Origin: Gemmatimonadota bacterium
Lineage (GTDB): Bacteria; Gemmatimonadota; Gemmatimonadetes; Palauibacterales; Palauibacteraceae
Direction: 5' to 3'
NCBI GenBank assembly: GCA_965116475.1
Contig: OZ220691.1
Span: forward strand, 3,264,001 to 3,328,000
Length of the DNA: 64,000 bases
The notes under the pieces are model-generated. The model saw nothing but the letters and a program-made list of their open reading frames with translations, ran no database searches and had not been told where the DNA came from. The translations under genes were made by a program, and so were the position numbers. Position 1 is the first letter of the stretch, and every line of letters starts with the position of its first letter. Below are positions 40,658 to 53,215 of this stretch, in pieces.

Positions 40658-41358
40658 GATGAATCGGCCGCCTCGTTCGGCGCGGTTGTCGGGCACCCGG
40701 CGTCGCGCGCGAGATCCTCCAGGGCCGCGTAGCCTGCGGAGGTGGGCGTCTCCTGGCCGAACGAGAGCCCCTGGAAATGACGGATGAAGTTGCGGCCGGC
40801 GCCGGTTTCCATTTCGAGGGCATAGTCGCCCGGCGTCTTCGACGGGTGGAACCCCACCGCGCCCTTCCTGTCGAGCGTGAGGAGGAACCCCTCGTACAAC
40901 GCGCTCGCCGCCGGCCGGAACTCCCCTTCGCCCGCGCGCGTCCGCGCGAGGCCGAACCACTCGCGGGCGGAGGCGGGCGCGCTACCGTCTTCGGGACCCT
41001 CGTCCCGCCTCTTCCGCTCGCCTCGCACCCACTGCGGTCCATGACGCAGAGCCACCGCTCCCAGCGCGATGAGCGCGGCCAGGACGACGAGGACGGCCAG
41101 CACTTCCATCAGCCCGGCGCCCTCGTCGAACAGGAATCGCCGCAGCCAATCCCACGCATCGGAGAGCGTATTGGCGATCCATTCGTAGACGCGCTGGCGC
41201 GCGGGAAGGGGCGGGGAAACGAACTCGGGATCGGCGAGGATCTCCCGCAGCGCGTCGGACATCTCGTCCGGCGCCGGGAGGAGCGCAGGGAGGGGTTCGG
41301 CGGCAGGCGGCGGCTCCTGTCCGGCCGGGAAAGCGCCGGGACCGGGGAGTCGGGTCAC
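40654..41358 (-). CDS. DUF4129-type protein
   Basis: Single TM, then A...GEFR.A...LY, SKT.GDY, F..LSFG. Confidence 0.75.
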   Translation of the reverse strand: MTRLPGPGAFPAGQEPPPAAEPLPALLPAPDEMSDALREILADPEFVSPPLPARQRVYEWIANTLSDAWDWLRRFLFDEGAGLMEVLAVLVVLAALIALGAVALRHGPQWVRGERKRRDEGPEDGSAPASAREWFGLARTRAGEGEFRPAASALYEGFLLTLDRKGAVGFHPSKTPGDYALEMETGAGRNFIRHFQGLSFGQETPTSAGYAALEDLARDAGCPTTAPNEAADSS

Positions 41359-42254
41359 CGTCCGTCCGTCGCCATCGCGGCCGCGGCGGTCTCCAGGTCT
41401 GCGGCTTCCATGCGCACGCGCCGGTCATGGTAGAGGAGGAACAGCGTGGCCACCGCGAACGGCGTCATCAGCGCCCCGATCAACAGGTCGAACGTATCCT
41501 GAACCGCCATGGCGCCGGCGCTGAGAGTGCCCGCCGTCGCCGGCGAGGTGAACATCTCGAAGCCTCCGAAGAGCGCAAAGAGGACGAAGGAGGGACCGTC
41601 GCGGATGATCAGCACGACGAGCATGATCCCGAGGATCCGGAGCCGGGCTCCCTTGCCGAGCTTCAGCGAGCGGCGTACCGCCTCCGCGGCGGTCCGACCC
41701 TCCAGGAGCACGGCCGGAAAGATCGCGAACGAAGTCCAGTACCAGAGCCCCAGGACCACGAGCGCGGCCGCGAGTCCGACGATGCCGAGGAGGACCGCCG
41801 CCGCGGTGGCGCTATCCGACACGGCGATCCCGATGCCCCCCAGCACGAAGACCGGGATCATGGCGATCGTGCCTCCGAGGAAGACGGCGAGCAGGGCGAG
41901 CAAGTGCCCTCCGGCGGCGCTCGGGAAGGGCCGGAGCACGCCCCGGTACGCGTGCTCCAGCGACGTCGGACGACCCTCCAGCCGCGCGCAGATGGCCACG
42001 GCGACGGCCAGCGCCGCGATCCACGAGATGGCCGTCGCCGGCAGCAGGATCGCCAACTCGAGTCCGATCTCGCCGAAGGCGGGGTTCCCCGAGGGGTCGA
42101 CTCCCGTGCTGGGCACCCCGACCGCGAGTCCCATGGCATAGCCGGGGAGCGAGCCCACGAGAGCGATGAGGAAGTAGAGTCCGAAGTCGCGCCGGTAGAA
42201 CTGGATGGCGCCGTCGAGTATCTCGCCGAACCCCAGGGGTCTCTGCGGTATCAC
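41355..42254 (-). CDS. Multi-pass membrane protein of the MoxR/DUF58 cluster
   Basis: RPL.FGEILDGA..FYRR, LEG....A.RRS, LLY.DRRVR.EA.DL. Confidence 0.75.
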   Translation of the reverse strand: MIPQRPLGFGEILDGAIQFYRRDFGLYFLIALVGSLPGYAMGLAVGVPSTGVDPSGNPAFGEIGLELAILLPATAISWIAALAVAVAICARLEGRPTSLEHAYRGVLRPFPSAAGGHLLALLAVFLGGTIAMIPVFVLGGIGIAVSDSATAAAVLLGIVGLAAALVVLGLWYWTSFAIFPAVLLEGRTAAEAVRRSLKLGKGARLRILGIMLVVLIIRDGPSFVLFALFGGFEMFTSPATAGTLSAGAMAVQDTFDLLIGALMTPFAVATLFLLYHDRRVRMEAADLETAAAAMATDGR

Positions 42255-42257
42255 GGT

Positions 42258-42755
42258 CTACTCCAGGATTCGGTCTTCGATGATGTGGGTGGCGGTCTCC
42301 CATTCGTCCAGCGGCGCGGACCACTCCCGGTCGCGGATGCGGCGCAGGTACGTGATCTGCGCCAGGTGGTAGAGGTAGTGCTGGGCGATATGGAGGACGG
42401 TCGCGCCCAGCCGCAAGGTCATCTTCCCGTCCGGAGACGTACGCTCGGCGGCGAGATCCGCGTCGCTTTCGCACGCCTCCACCTCCGATACGATCTGTTC
42501 CTGGATCGTGCGCATGCGCGCGGCGATCTCCTCCGCCGGACCCGGAGCATCTTCCTCGATCACGGGCGCGATGCCGAGTTGCTTCAGGAACCACACGTCC
42601 ACGCGGTACATGTGGCGGCAGATCTTCCCGATGCCGCGCATCCCGTCCGCGGGCTGCCAGTCGAGATCCTCGCGCGAGATTCCGTCGAGGACGGTGAACA
42701 GGGGTCTGCGCGCGGCCTCGAAGATCTCGATGGTGTGGGCGATCCGGGTCCTCAT
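42258..42755 (-). CDS. DinB family protein
   Basis: DWQP, ICRH, LHIAQH..YH.AQI.YLRR. Confidence 0.85.
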   Translation of the reverse strand: MRTRIAHTIEIFEAARRPLFTVLDGISREDLDWQPADGMRGIGKICRHMYRVDVWFLKQLGIAPVIEEDAPGPAEEIAARMRTIQEQIVSEVEACESDADLAAERTSPDGKMTLRLGATVLHIAQHYLYHLAQITYLRRIRDREWSAPLDEWETATHIIEDRILE

Positions 42756-42757
42756 CC

Positions 42758-44155
42758 TTACGGGTTTCCTTTCGGTTGCAGCACCTGGGCGATGAACTCG
42801 ACCGCGCGGGGGATGGCCCCGGGCAGGGAGAGGAAATCGTGCCCGCCTCCCTCGTAGATGAACGTCTCGAACTCGGGAGCGGCGCGGCCCAGCGCCGCCA
42901 TCGTTCGCATCAGCGACTCCGCCTGGCTCACGGGCACGACGAAATCGGCCGTGCCGTGGTGCACTTGGACCGCGGGGAGGTCGGCCGCGAAGAGGACGGA
43001 CGATCGGCGCACGAGTTCGAGGCGCGCCTCGGGGGTGGACAGCGTACCGCGGACCAGCGGCTGCACGACGGTGGAGTCGAGATGGATGAGACCGGGCAGG
43101 TCCCAGGGGCCATCGAGCGCGGTCTTCCAGGCGATCACCCTGATCCAGTCGTCGAAGAAGTCCGTCGGCCCGAAGAACGCCACGATGCGCTCCACGCGCT
43201 CGTCCCGCGCTCCCGCGAGCAGGGCGACGCCGGCCCCCCGGCTGCCGCCGACGATATGGATGGCGCCCGGCCGGGCCTCCGGCGTCGTCTCGAACGCGAC
43301 GTTCGCGAGCGCGAGCGCGTCGTCGACGTCGTAGTCCCAGTGGCCCGAGGGGCCTTCCGACACCCAGCTCCGGCCTCCGTAGCGGAGCGGCTCGCTGCGG
43401 AACGAGGGGATCGCGTAGACGAACCGGCGGCTCCGCTCTCCGAGGGCCGTCGTCACGATCTCGATGTCGTCGACCGATACTCCGCCGTCGCCCCCGTGCG
43501 TGTACATCAGCAGGGGCAGCGTTTCGGGGGCCGCGCCGTCGGGCACGATGATGGCGCCGAAGTGGCGGACGCCGGCCACGACGTGGGAGACGATCCGCAG
43601 CGTGGCCGTCGATTCGCCCAGCGCCAGCTCCTCGGTCAGTTCGACCGAGACCCCCGCCGCCGAAACGTCGCGCCGGGCCCAGTTGGCCCGCACCGCCTCC
43701 ACCTCCATCGCCGAGGCCGGAGCGAACAGCGCAGCGAGTTCGGCATCGAGATCGATGGCCTCGGCCCGAACCGTGGCGCCGGCCGGCCCGGCGGAGACCT
43801 CGAGGCGCTGCGGACCGGGGGTGGCGCCGAGCGTCCACGACGTCGCCGCCTCGCCGCCGGCGTCGGCCGTGGTTGACGTCGGATCCGTGCTGCCGTGGCC
43901 GGGATCGGGCTGAAACGTGACGGTGGCGCCGGAAACGGGGCGTCCGTCGCCGTCGAGGACGCGGACCGCAATCGCTTCAGCCGGCGGGCGCGCCGGGACG
44001 CCGCGCTGGTCCGCGCCCGCCAGAACGACGATGGAGGCCGGGCCGGTCTCGACGGGGGCGATCGTGTCGGCTTCTCCGCAGGCGGCGGCCAACGCCGGGA
44101 CGAGCAGGGCCGCCCAGCGCCGGCTTCGGGCCCGGGAGCGTCCGGCCCGCGTCAT
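42758..44155 (-). CDS. Lipoprotein with Ig-like (Big_1) domain and alpha/beta hydrolase
   Basis: Lipobox LAAAC; D..GRPVSGATVTF...WTLG; HGG, GGSRG nucleophile, HGTADFVVP, GGGH. Confidence 0.8.
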   Translation of the reverse strand: MTRAGRSRARSRRWAALLVPALAAACGEADTIAPVETGPASIVVLAGADQRGVPARPPAEAIAVRVLDGDGRPVSGATVTFQPDPGHGSTDPTSTTADAGGEAATSWTLGATPGPQRLEVSAGPAGATVRAEAIDLDAELAALFAPASAMEVEAVRANWARRDVSAAGVSVELTEELALGESTATLRIVSHVVAGVRHFGAIIVPDGAAPETLPLLMYTHGGDGGVSVDDIEIVTTALGERSRRFVYAIPSFRSEPLRYGGRSWVSEGPSGHWDYDVDDALALANVAFETTPEARPGAIHIVGGSRGAGVALLAGARDERVERIVAFFGPTDFFDDWIRVIAWKTALDGPWDLPGLIHLDSTVVQPLVRGTLSTPEARLELVRRSSVLFAADLPAVQVHHGTADFVVPVSQAESLMRTMAALGRAAPEFETFIYEGGGHDFLSLPGAIPRAVEFIAQVLQPKGNP

Positions 44156-46158
44156 TCGGCGCCTCCGGCGGCGCCGGGGTCGCCCGCGGGGGCCAGGCGG
44201 ACGCGGGCACGCCCGGCTGCGGCAGGCCACGCGAGTTCGACGAGTTCCCCCTGGTCGATTTCCTCGAAGCCGCGCTCCGACCGCGCCAGCGTGACGATCC
44301 GCGTGCGCGACTCCCGAGACTCGCCCCCGAACGCCTCGGCCTCGACCCTCATGGGGTGCGCGAGCGGCAGCCGGGTGACGACCACGCTGTCGGCGGGGAG
44401 GTCGGCCGCGTTCCAGTCGAGTGTCGCTTCAACCGTGCCGTCGCCGTGAATCTCGAGCGTCTTCTCGAGGCGGGGTAGGCCGGGTTCGGACGTAAGACGG
44501 AGGCGGATCCGGTCGGGCTCGGCGCCGGGCTCGAAATCCGGGACGCCGCGCAGCCGAAACGGGTGCGGCCGCCAATCCGCGACGGACGTTCGTTCCCGAG
44601 CGCCCGCGCCGTCGCCCGGTGCGAAGGCGATCTCCTGCAGCAGCGCCAGAGGGACGCTGTCGGGGGGCGGTGCGATGGGAGGCTCGGAGTCACGGTCGTG
44701 GACCGAGGCGACGCCGTCGCTCCGGCTCCGCGCCGCGTGGGTGACGCCGTCCGCTCCCCCGCGCGTCGCGCCGGATGCCGCCGGATCCCGGTGGTAGGCC
44801 TCGAGGCGGCGGGAGAGGACGTTGGCGTAGTTCACGCCGTCCCTAAAGACCGTGAGGATTTCGATCGCGCCGCCGCGCGCGGGGCTGACCACGATGGAAC
44901 TCCGGGCCGAGTGGATCCAGATCTCGTCATGGCCGTCCAGGTCGAAGTCGAGAGCCTCGAACGCGATGCCTTCTTCCTCGCGCAACCGCCGTTCGGCCGC
45001 GGCGAGTTCGCGCCAGATCGCCCGGCGCAGGTGTGGAAGGTAGACCCCGCCGAACACCCCGTGCCAATACGCATCGTTGCACTGCCCCCGCGCGATCGCG
45101 CGCCGCGCCCCCTGCGGGTCGCCGCGCTCCCGACACAGACGAGACAGCCTCAGCGCCGTCTTGTGCATGCGGTTCGACTCCGGGTAGCGGCGCAGGAAGC
45201 CCTTCCAGTGCCCGCCGCGGATCAGCGGGCCGGCGTCGGCGTCGGCCCGCTCCGCGTCCGCAGTCGTCGCGGTGAGCCGGGCGAGGCGTCGCGCGGCGGG
45301 GCGGGGGAGCGTCCACGCCTCCATCTCGCGGTACGCACCCGCCGCGGGGTAGGCGAGCCCGCGGCCCGGGCCGGAGGCCGCCTCGCGGGTCGTGACCAGC
45401 TCCAGTTCGCCCCGCCCGCGCGCCGTGTTCAGCGCCTCGAGGAACGCCTCCAGCCAGCCGCCGGCGTACACCCATTCGCGGGTGTCGGGCCAGCCTCCGA
45501 ACTTCTCGCCGTCGTCGCCGAGCACGATCTGGCGCTGCCCGGCCCGCCGCCGCGCGGCGAAGAAGTCGACGATCTCCTGCACGGGCCGGAACGGGACGAG
45601 ATACCGGAGCCGCTCGTCGATCGGAAGGAGGCGGATCCGCTCTCCGCCGCTCTCCGTCGTGAAGACGCCGTCCAGTTCATCGCGCTCGAGCCCGCTGGCG
45701 AGGAAGTGACGGTCGTCGAGGAGCGTGTATTCGATGCCGGCGCGCGCCAGGCCGGCGGAGAGATCGGGTTCCCATACGCGTTCCGTGAGCCAGAGACCGG
45801 TGGCCTCGACCCCGAACCGGCCGCGGAGATCCGCACGCATCCACTCGATCTGTTCCACCCGGTCCGCCGGGGAGAGCGCTGCGAGGATGGGTTCGTAGCG
45901 TCCGGAGGCGAGGAACTCGATGTGGCCTTCCGCGGCCCGCGACCCGATGTCGTCGAGGAAGTCCGGGGCGTGGTCCTCCAGCCAGTCGAGGAGCGGGCCC
46001 GAGAGGTGCAGAGAGATCGGGGTTGTGCCGCGGGCGTGGAGGGCATCGAGGAGGGGTCGGTACACGCCCGTCAGGTGGTCCTCGAACACGTGGTCGAAGT
46101 TCCCCACCGGCTGGTGGAGGTGGATCGCGAAGGCGAAGCGGAGCGGGCCCTGGCTCAC
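44152..46158 (-). CDS. GH57 alpha-amylase/4-alpha-glucanotransferase
   Basis: HLHQP, GLWLTERVW, DDGEKFG.WP, YPESN.M, QCNDAYWHGVFGG.Y. Confidence 0.9.
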   Translation of the reverse strand: MSQGPLRFAFAIHLHQPVGNFDHVFEDHLTGVYRPLLDALHARGTTPISLHLSGPLLDWLEDHAPDFLDDIGSRAAEGHIEFLASGRYEPILAALSPADRVEQIEWMRADLRGRFGVEATGLWLTERVWEPDLSAGLARAGIEYTLLDDRHFLASGLERDELDGVFTTESGGERIRLLPIDERLRYLVPFRPVQEIVDFFAARRRAGQRQIVLGDDGEKFGGWPDTREWVYAGGWLEAFLEALNTARGRGELELVTTREAASGPGRGLAYPAAGAYREMEAWTLPRPAARRLARLTATTADAERADADAGPLIRGGHWKGFLRRYPESNRMHKTALRLSRLCRERGDPQGARRAIARGQCNDAYWHGVFGGVYLPHLRRAIWRELAAAERRLREEEGIAFEALDFDLDGHDEIWIHSARSSIVVSPARGGAIEILTVFRDGVNYANVLSRRLEAYHRDPAASGATRGGADGVTHAARSRSDGVASVHDRDSEPPIAPPPDSVPLALLQEIAFAPGDGAGARERTSVADWRPHPFRLRGVPDFEPGAEPDRIRLRLTSEPGLPRLEKTLEIHGDGTVEATLDWNAADLPADSVVVTRLPLAHPMRVEAEAFGGESRESRTRIVTLARSERGFEEIDQGELVELAWPAAAGRARVRLAPAGDPGAAGGAE

Positions 46159-47579
46159 GCGTCCGTCCGGACGGGGACGCGGACTCTCGGGTTGAACTCG
46201 CGCCGGTACACGGCCGCGGCGTTCCCGACATCGGCGTCGTTCGCCGGCGCCTTTGCGAGGTCCGCGACGAAGGCGGCCTCCAGCCCCTCTGCGCGCTCCG
46301 GGGCGAGCCGACGCAAGCGGTCGAGGGCGTGCGCGGCGTAGCCCAGCACCTGTCTCGCTTCGAGGCCCGCGACATCGTCGAAGAACCAGGCGCAGGAGGT
46401 GAACATCGCGGCCCGGTCGCGGGCCACCTCGAGCAGCGCCAGCGCTTCGTCCCGGCGTTCTCCGCTACCGATCCCTCGGGCGGCTAGCGCGGCCAAGTCC
46501 TCCAGCCCGGACGGCGCGCCCAGCGCCTCGCCAAGCGTCTCGATGGCCCGCTCGGGTTCCGGCAACCGGCCTGGCGCCAACTCCGCGCCGGCCTCATCGA
46601 GTCCGGCGGCGAGCGATTCGAGCGCCGCGCGGAGCGGCGCCCGCCAGCGCTGCTGCGAATCGAGGTGAGGCGCCATCCGGCACCCGCACTCCGAGCGCCA
46701 GCGCTCCACGCCGTGCGCGCAACTCCACGACGTAGGTTCCTCGAGGGTCACGAACGGCACGTCGCCAGCGGCGGCGAGCGCCGAGGCGAAGTTCCCGATC
46801 TCCATTCCCCCGCGCTCGCGGACGCGGGAGATCACCCGCATGAGCGTGCGGTCGGCGCCCTGGTGGTGGTGTCCGAACGTCTCGCCATCCGTGGCCAGCG
46901 CGACGGCGGACCCGCCCCGGCCCGCGACCGACTGCAGTGCCTCGAACCACGCGTCGCGGCCGTCGAGCAGCGCTCCGAACGCCACGCCGTGCGAGAGATC
47001 GCCGTCGTAGATGAAGACCGCGATCTCGCGCCCCCCGCCGAGGCGGACCCGCCCCGCGCCGCCGGCCGGCACCTCGGCGACCTGGTGCGGGGCCACGACC
47101 GTGAAGGCCACGCCCTCCGCCGCCAGCACCTCGAGGGTCTCCATGTCGACGGCCGTCTCGGGAAGCCACATGCCCTCGGCGCAGCGCCCGAAACGCCGCT
47201 CGAAGTCCCGCAGCCCCCAGCGCACCTCCGTCTCCTTCTCCCGGCGCGAGGCCAGCGGAAGGATGACGTGGTGGTAGGGTTGGGCCAGCGCGTTGCCGTG
47301 TCCCAGCCGCTCGCGGCTCGCCCGATCCCCGCGCACGAACCCCTCGTGGACCTCCGGGCGCTCCCCCTCGAGCCAGCGCGCGAGCGTCGGGCCCAGGTCG
47401 AAGCTCAGCCAGTCGAACGCCCCCGCTCGCGCCAGGGGTTCGTAACATTCCGCCGTGATCCGTTCGTTCCAGTTCTCGAACGGGGCCGCACTCGGCTCGG
47501 GGCGAACCCGGTCCGTCCACGGGTCCTCGCGCGGCGGCTGGTAGAAGTGGCCGTGAAGGACAACCGTGGCGCGATCCAC
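46155..47579 (-). CDS. GH57 glycoside hydrolase with DUF3536
   Basis: HGHFYQPPRE, GMWLPETAVD, ATDGETFGHH, SWSCAHGVERW, MFTSCAWFFDD. Confidence 0.9.
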   Translation of the reverse strand: MDRATVVLHGHFYQPPREDPWTDRVRPEPSAAPFENWNERITAECYEPLARAGAFDWLSFDLGPTLARWLEGERPEVHEGFVRGDRASRERLGHGNALAQPYHHVILPLASRREKETEVRWGLRDFERRFGRCAEGMWLPETAVDMETLEVLAAEGVAFTVVAPHQVAEVPAGGAGRVRLGGGREIAVFIYDGDLSHGVAFGALLDGRDAWFEALQSVAGRGGSAVALATDGETFGHHHQGADRTLMRVISRVRERGGMEIGNFASALAAAGDVPFVTLEEPTSWSCAHGVERWRSECGCRMAPHLDSQQRWRAPLRAALESLAAGLDEAGAELAPGRLPEPERAIETLGEALGAPSGLEDLAALAARGIGSGERRDEALALLEVARDRAAMFTSCAWFFDDVAGLEARQVLGYAAHALDRLRRLAPERAEGLEAAFVADLAKAPANDADVGNAAAVYRREFNPRVRVPVRTDA

Positions 47580-47593
47580 GGCCGGAGGGGGGG

Positions 47594-49114
47594 TCAGTCG
47601 CCCGGAGCGTGCGCGGCGAGCGCCCGCCGGTACACGTCCAGGTAGCGCTCCGCGCTGCTCGCCCAGCCGAAATCGCGGGTCATCGCCTGCACGGCGTGCT
47701 CGTTCCACGCTTCCGGTCCCCTCGCATACAGCGCGGCGGCCCGCCCGAGCGCGATCTCCAGATCTTCCGACGTGTACCCATCGAACAGGAAGCCCGTGAC
47801 CTGGTCTTCGATCGTGTCGGCCAGCCCCCCGACGCGCCGGGCCACCGGGAGCACGCCGTACAGCTGCGCCCGCATCTGCGTCAGACCGCACGGTTCGTAG
47901 AGCGACGGCATGAGGAGGAGGTCGGCGCCCGCCAGGAGCCGGTGCTCCTTTGGTTCGGCGAACTCGGTGTCCACGGCGATCCGGCCGGGAAAACGCCCGG
48001 CCAACTCGCGCAACGCCGTTTCGTATCGCTCCTCGCCCTGGCCGAGAAAGATGAACTGCCCCTCGGCCCGCTCCAGCGGTCCGCCGTCGATGAGGAGGTC
48101 GAGCCCCTTCTGCGCGACGAGCCGCGCGGTCATCCCGTACAGCGGTTCGCGCGGCGCCGCGGTGAGCGAGTACTCCCGCTGCAGCGCCCGCTTGCACGCG
48201 GCCTTCCCGGCCAGGTCCGCGCTCGAGAACGTCGCGGCGATCTCCCGGTCCGTCTCGGGATTCCAGACTTCGAGGTCGACGCCGTTCAGGATGCCGAGGA
48301 AGCGGTCGCCCATCTCGATGAACGAGCCGTGGAGGCCGAACCCTCCGTCGGCCGTGCGAAGCTCGTGCGCGTGCGTCGGACTCACGGTCGTCGCGTAGTC
48401 CGCGAACACGAGGCCGCCCTTGAGCAGGTTCAGGTGGCCGTAGAACTCCATGAGCCGCCAGTGGAACAGTTCGCGGGGCAGCCCGATCTCCTCCAGCGCC
48501 CCGGGGCCCTGAAGTCCCTGGTAGCCGGCGTTGTGAATGGAGAGGACGGCCGCCATGCGGTCGTGCGCCTCGCGTCCCTTGAACCGCGTACGCAGGAAGA
48601 CGGGGGCGAGGGCCGCATGCCAGTCGTGCGCGTGCACGACGACGGGCACGTTGGCGAGTTCCGGCAGAATCCGGAGCGCCGCGAGGTTGTAGAGCGCGAA
48701 GCGCAGCGGGTTGTCCGCGTAGTCCGCCCCGCCTTCCCCGTAGATCCCGTCCCGGTCGAAATACCCGGGGTGGTCGACGAAGAGCACGCGCGGGTTCCGG
48801 CGCGGACCCGGGTGCTGGAGAATCCGGACTTCCTCCATCCGGCGCCCCACGCGCACGCGGAAGCTGTCCGCGATCGGCTCCAGGTCGGGGAAGGCCTCGC
48901 GCACCGACCGGTAGAGCGGCATGAAGACCGTGACCGGGGTCCCCTGGGCGGCCTGGAAGGTGGCGATGCCGCGCACCGCCTCCGCGAGGCCGCCGGTGCG
49001 GGCGTACGGCCAGTACTCGGCGACGAGATGCACGACAGCGAGCTCCTCCGGGGGCTTGACCCCCGCCCGCGGCCGTGTCGGCGCTGGCTTGGCGATTGCA
49101 GGCATGCGGCTCAT
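47594..49114 (-). CDS. glgA: Glycogen synthase (GT5)
   Basis: RTGGLA, HAHDWH, IHN..YQG, TVSPT, GILNG, QKG, MPS.YEPCGL.Q, GGLADT. Confidence 0.93.
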   Translation of the reverse strand: MSRMPAIAKPAPTRPRAGVKPPEELAVVHLVAEYWPYARTGGLAEAVRGIATFQAAQGTPVTVFMPLYRSVREAFPDLEPIADSFRVRVGRRMEEVRILQHPGPRRNPRVLFVDHPGYFDRDGIYGEGGADYADNPLRFALYNLAALRILPELANVPVVVHAHDWHAALAPVFLRTRFKGREAHDRMAAVLSIHNAGYQGLQGPGALEEIGLPRELFHWRLMEFYGHLNLLKGGLVFADYATTVSPTHAHELRTADGGFGLHGSFIEMGDRFLGILNGVDLEVWNPETDREIAATFSSADLAGKAACKRALQREYSLTAAPREPLYGMTARLVAQKGLDLLIDGGPLERAEGQFIFLGQGEERYETALRELAGRFPGRIAVDTEFAEPKEHRLLAGADLLLMPSLYEPCGLTQMRAQLYGVLPVARRVGGLADTIEDQVTGFLFDGYTSEDLEIALGRAAALYARGPEAWNEHAVQAMTRDFGWASSAERYLDVYRRALAAHAPGD

Positions 49115-49137
49115 ACTTCGTCGCGAAGTGGCGTAAT

Positions 49138-51188
<2,051 letters not shown>

Positions 51189-51192
<4 letters not shown>

Positions 51193-51941
51193 GAAGCGGG
51201 GAGCAGTTCGTCGAGGTAGCGGAGGAGCATGTGGCGCCACGTGGGCCAGTCGTGGTGCCACTCCTCGCCCCAGTCGTCCATCCGGTTCGGCACGCCCTTC
51301 CGCCCGAGGAGCGAGGCCGCCCGCCAGGACTCGCCGATGTCCTCCGCCCGCCCGCGCCCGGAGGCGAGGAGGACGAAGCGCTCGCGCAGGCGGTGGAGCG
51401 TCTCGCCCGCGAGCTGCGGCAGGTGGTGGACGGGCGATGCGCGGTAGAAGTCGCCCGTCGCCTTCGCTTCGGCCCCGGTGTCGTGCTTCAGAAAACGCTG
51501 GAGGTCGTACGTGCCGCTCATGCACACGGCGTGCGAGAAGGCGTCCGGGAACCGGCACAGCATGGCGAGCGCGTTGAACGCTCCGATCGATGAGCCCGCG
51601 ACGATGACCTCGATCCCGGGATCGTTGCAGTCCTCCCGGATCATGGGGACGAACTCGCTGTAGACGAACTCCTGAAACCGGTTGAGGACCGCCATGCGGT
51701 GTTCGGGCGTCCCCTCCCGGCCGAGCATGACGCGGCCCGCCACGCTGTCGCACGAATAGACCTTGATCCGGCCGTCCGTCAGGTAGTCCGCGACCGTGTC
51801 GATGACGAGGAAGCGCTCGATCTCCTCCGCGTCGCCTCCGGCGGTGGGGAACATGAGGAAGGGCACGCCGACCTCCCCCCAGCGCGCGACGTTGACCTCC
51901 TGGCCGAGGCGATCCGACCACCAGCTGGCGTTGAGTTTCAT
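51189..51941 (-). CDS. Putative esterase (alpha/beta hydrolase)
   Basis: FPTAGG, GSSIGA nucleophile elbow, MSG.YD, HDWPTWR.ML. Confidence 0.85.
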
Positions 51942-53215
51942 GAGGCGAGCATCGGCACGGCGCCGGGGGGTTCCTCCCGGCGGGCCGCCTGTATGCGGTC
52001 GAAGAAGAGCGCGGTGAACTCCTCGATCTCGTGATCGGGATAGAGCGAGGCCACCTTCGCGTGCACCGCGTCGCGGGCCGCCTCGCTGCCGAAGAAGTCG
52101 TCGGCCACCGCGTCGAGTTCCGCGAGGTGCGCATCGCAGAACTCCACGAAGCGGTCGGTCTCGAACCGCGCCTCCGCGATCGCGGCGCAGGCCCGAACTC
52201 TCTCCCCGACCGACATCCCGGGGCGGCAGGCATCGAAGAACGGCTGCCAGTCGAGGTTGACGCGCATCCGGCGCCGGGTCGCCGCGCAGAACAGGGACCA
52301 GCGGAGGTTCGCCTTGATGAGCCACGGGAAGTGGTAGTGGAGCGACGTGACCTGCGAGTCCGGACAGGGGTTCGCGAAGTCGATCGGCATCCACCGGCGG
52401 CCGCTGCGAAGCACCTCGCACGAGTTGAAGTCCCACCCGAAGAACGCGTTGATCGTGAGCGTGGTGTCCCGGATCGCGGCGGCGTCGGCGGGCTCGAGGC
52501 GGTCCCGTTCGACCGTGTAGCGGTCGTGCGCGGGGGCGCCGGGGTCGTAGAGGACGGCGCGCGTTTGCGGGCCCAGCCCGATGCAGCGGACGAAGCGGTC
52601 GTGTTCCACCCCTTGCTGGAGGTGCATGACGAACTTGCCGCTCTCGTCGTAGGCGGCGCCGAGCGCCTCGTCATCCTCGATCCGCGACACGCCGCGCCAT
52701 CCGCCGCCGTCGTACGGCTTCATGAACACGGGATATCCCAGGTCGTGCGCCACGGCGGGGAGGTCGAACAGCCGCGCGTAGCGTTTCAGGGTGACCGCCA
52801 GATCGTCCTGCGGATCGTAGGACTTGGGCGGGACGAGCCATGTCCGCGGAACCGGGAGACCCAGCCTCATCATCGCGCAGTAGGTGGAGTGCTTCTCCAT
52901 CGACTGGACGCTCCACGGATTGTTGAACACGTAGAGCCCGTCCATGATCACGGCCTTCTTGATCCACTCCCGCGTCGGGTAGAACCAGTGCGTGAGACGG
53001 TCGATGACGACGTCGTACTTCCCCCTCTGCTGCAGGTCGAAGGGCTCGATCGTGACGTCCTCGAGATGAAACCGGATCGGGCCGTCGGGCGAGGGGATCC
53101 GCGGGTTCAGGCGCTCAAGGATGGCGCGGTAGGCGATGGGCCAGCACAGGTCCGCCCCGAGCGAGAGGCCGATGCGGCGCGTGACCCCGCCCGCGGGGAC
53201 TGCCACGGCCGTCAT
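51938..53215 (-). CDS. ATP-grasp ligase (divergent, RimK-like signature)
   Basis: VIDR..H, NNP, K, VP.T, YPVFMKPYDGGGW, IDFANPCPD. Confidence 0.8.
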   Translation of the reverse strand: MTAVAVPAGGVTRRIGLSLGADLCWPIAYRAILERLNPRIPSPDGPIRFHLEDVTIEPFDLQQRGKYDVVIDRLTHWFYPTREWIKKAVIMDGLYVFNNPWSVQSMEKHSTYCAMMRLGLPVPRTWLVPPKSYDPQDDLAVTLKRYARLFDLPAVAHDLGYPVFMKPYDGGGWRGVSRIEDDEALGAAYDESGKFVMHLQQGVEHDRFVRCIGLGPQTRAVLYDPGAPAHDRYTVERDRLEPADAAAIRDTTLTINAFFGWDFNSCEVLRSGRRWMPIDFANPCPDSQVTSLHYHFPWLIKANLRWSLFCAATRRRMRVNLDWQPFFDACRPGMSVGERVRACAAIAEARFETDRFVEFCDAHLAELDAVADDFFGSEAARDAVHAKVASLYPDHEIEEFTALFFDRIQAARREEPPGAVPMLAS

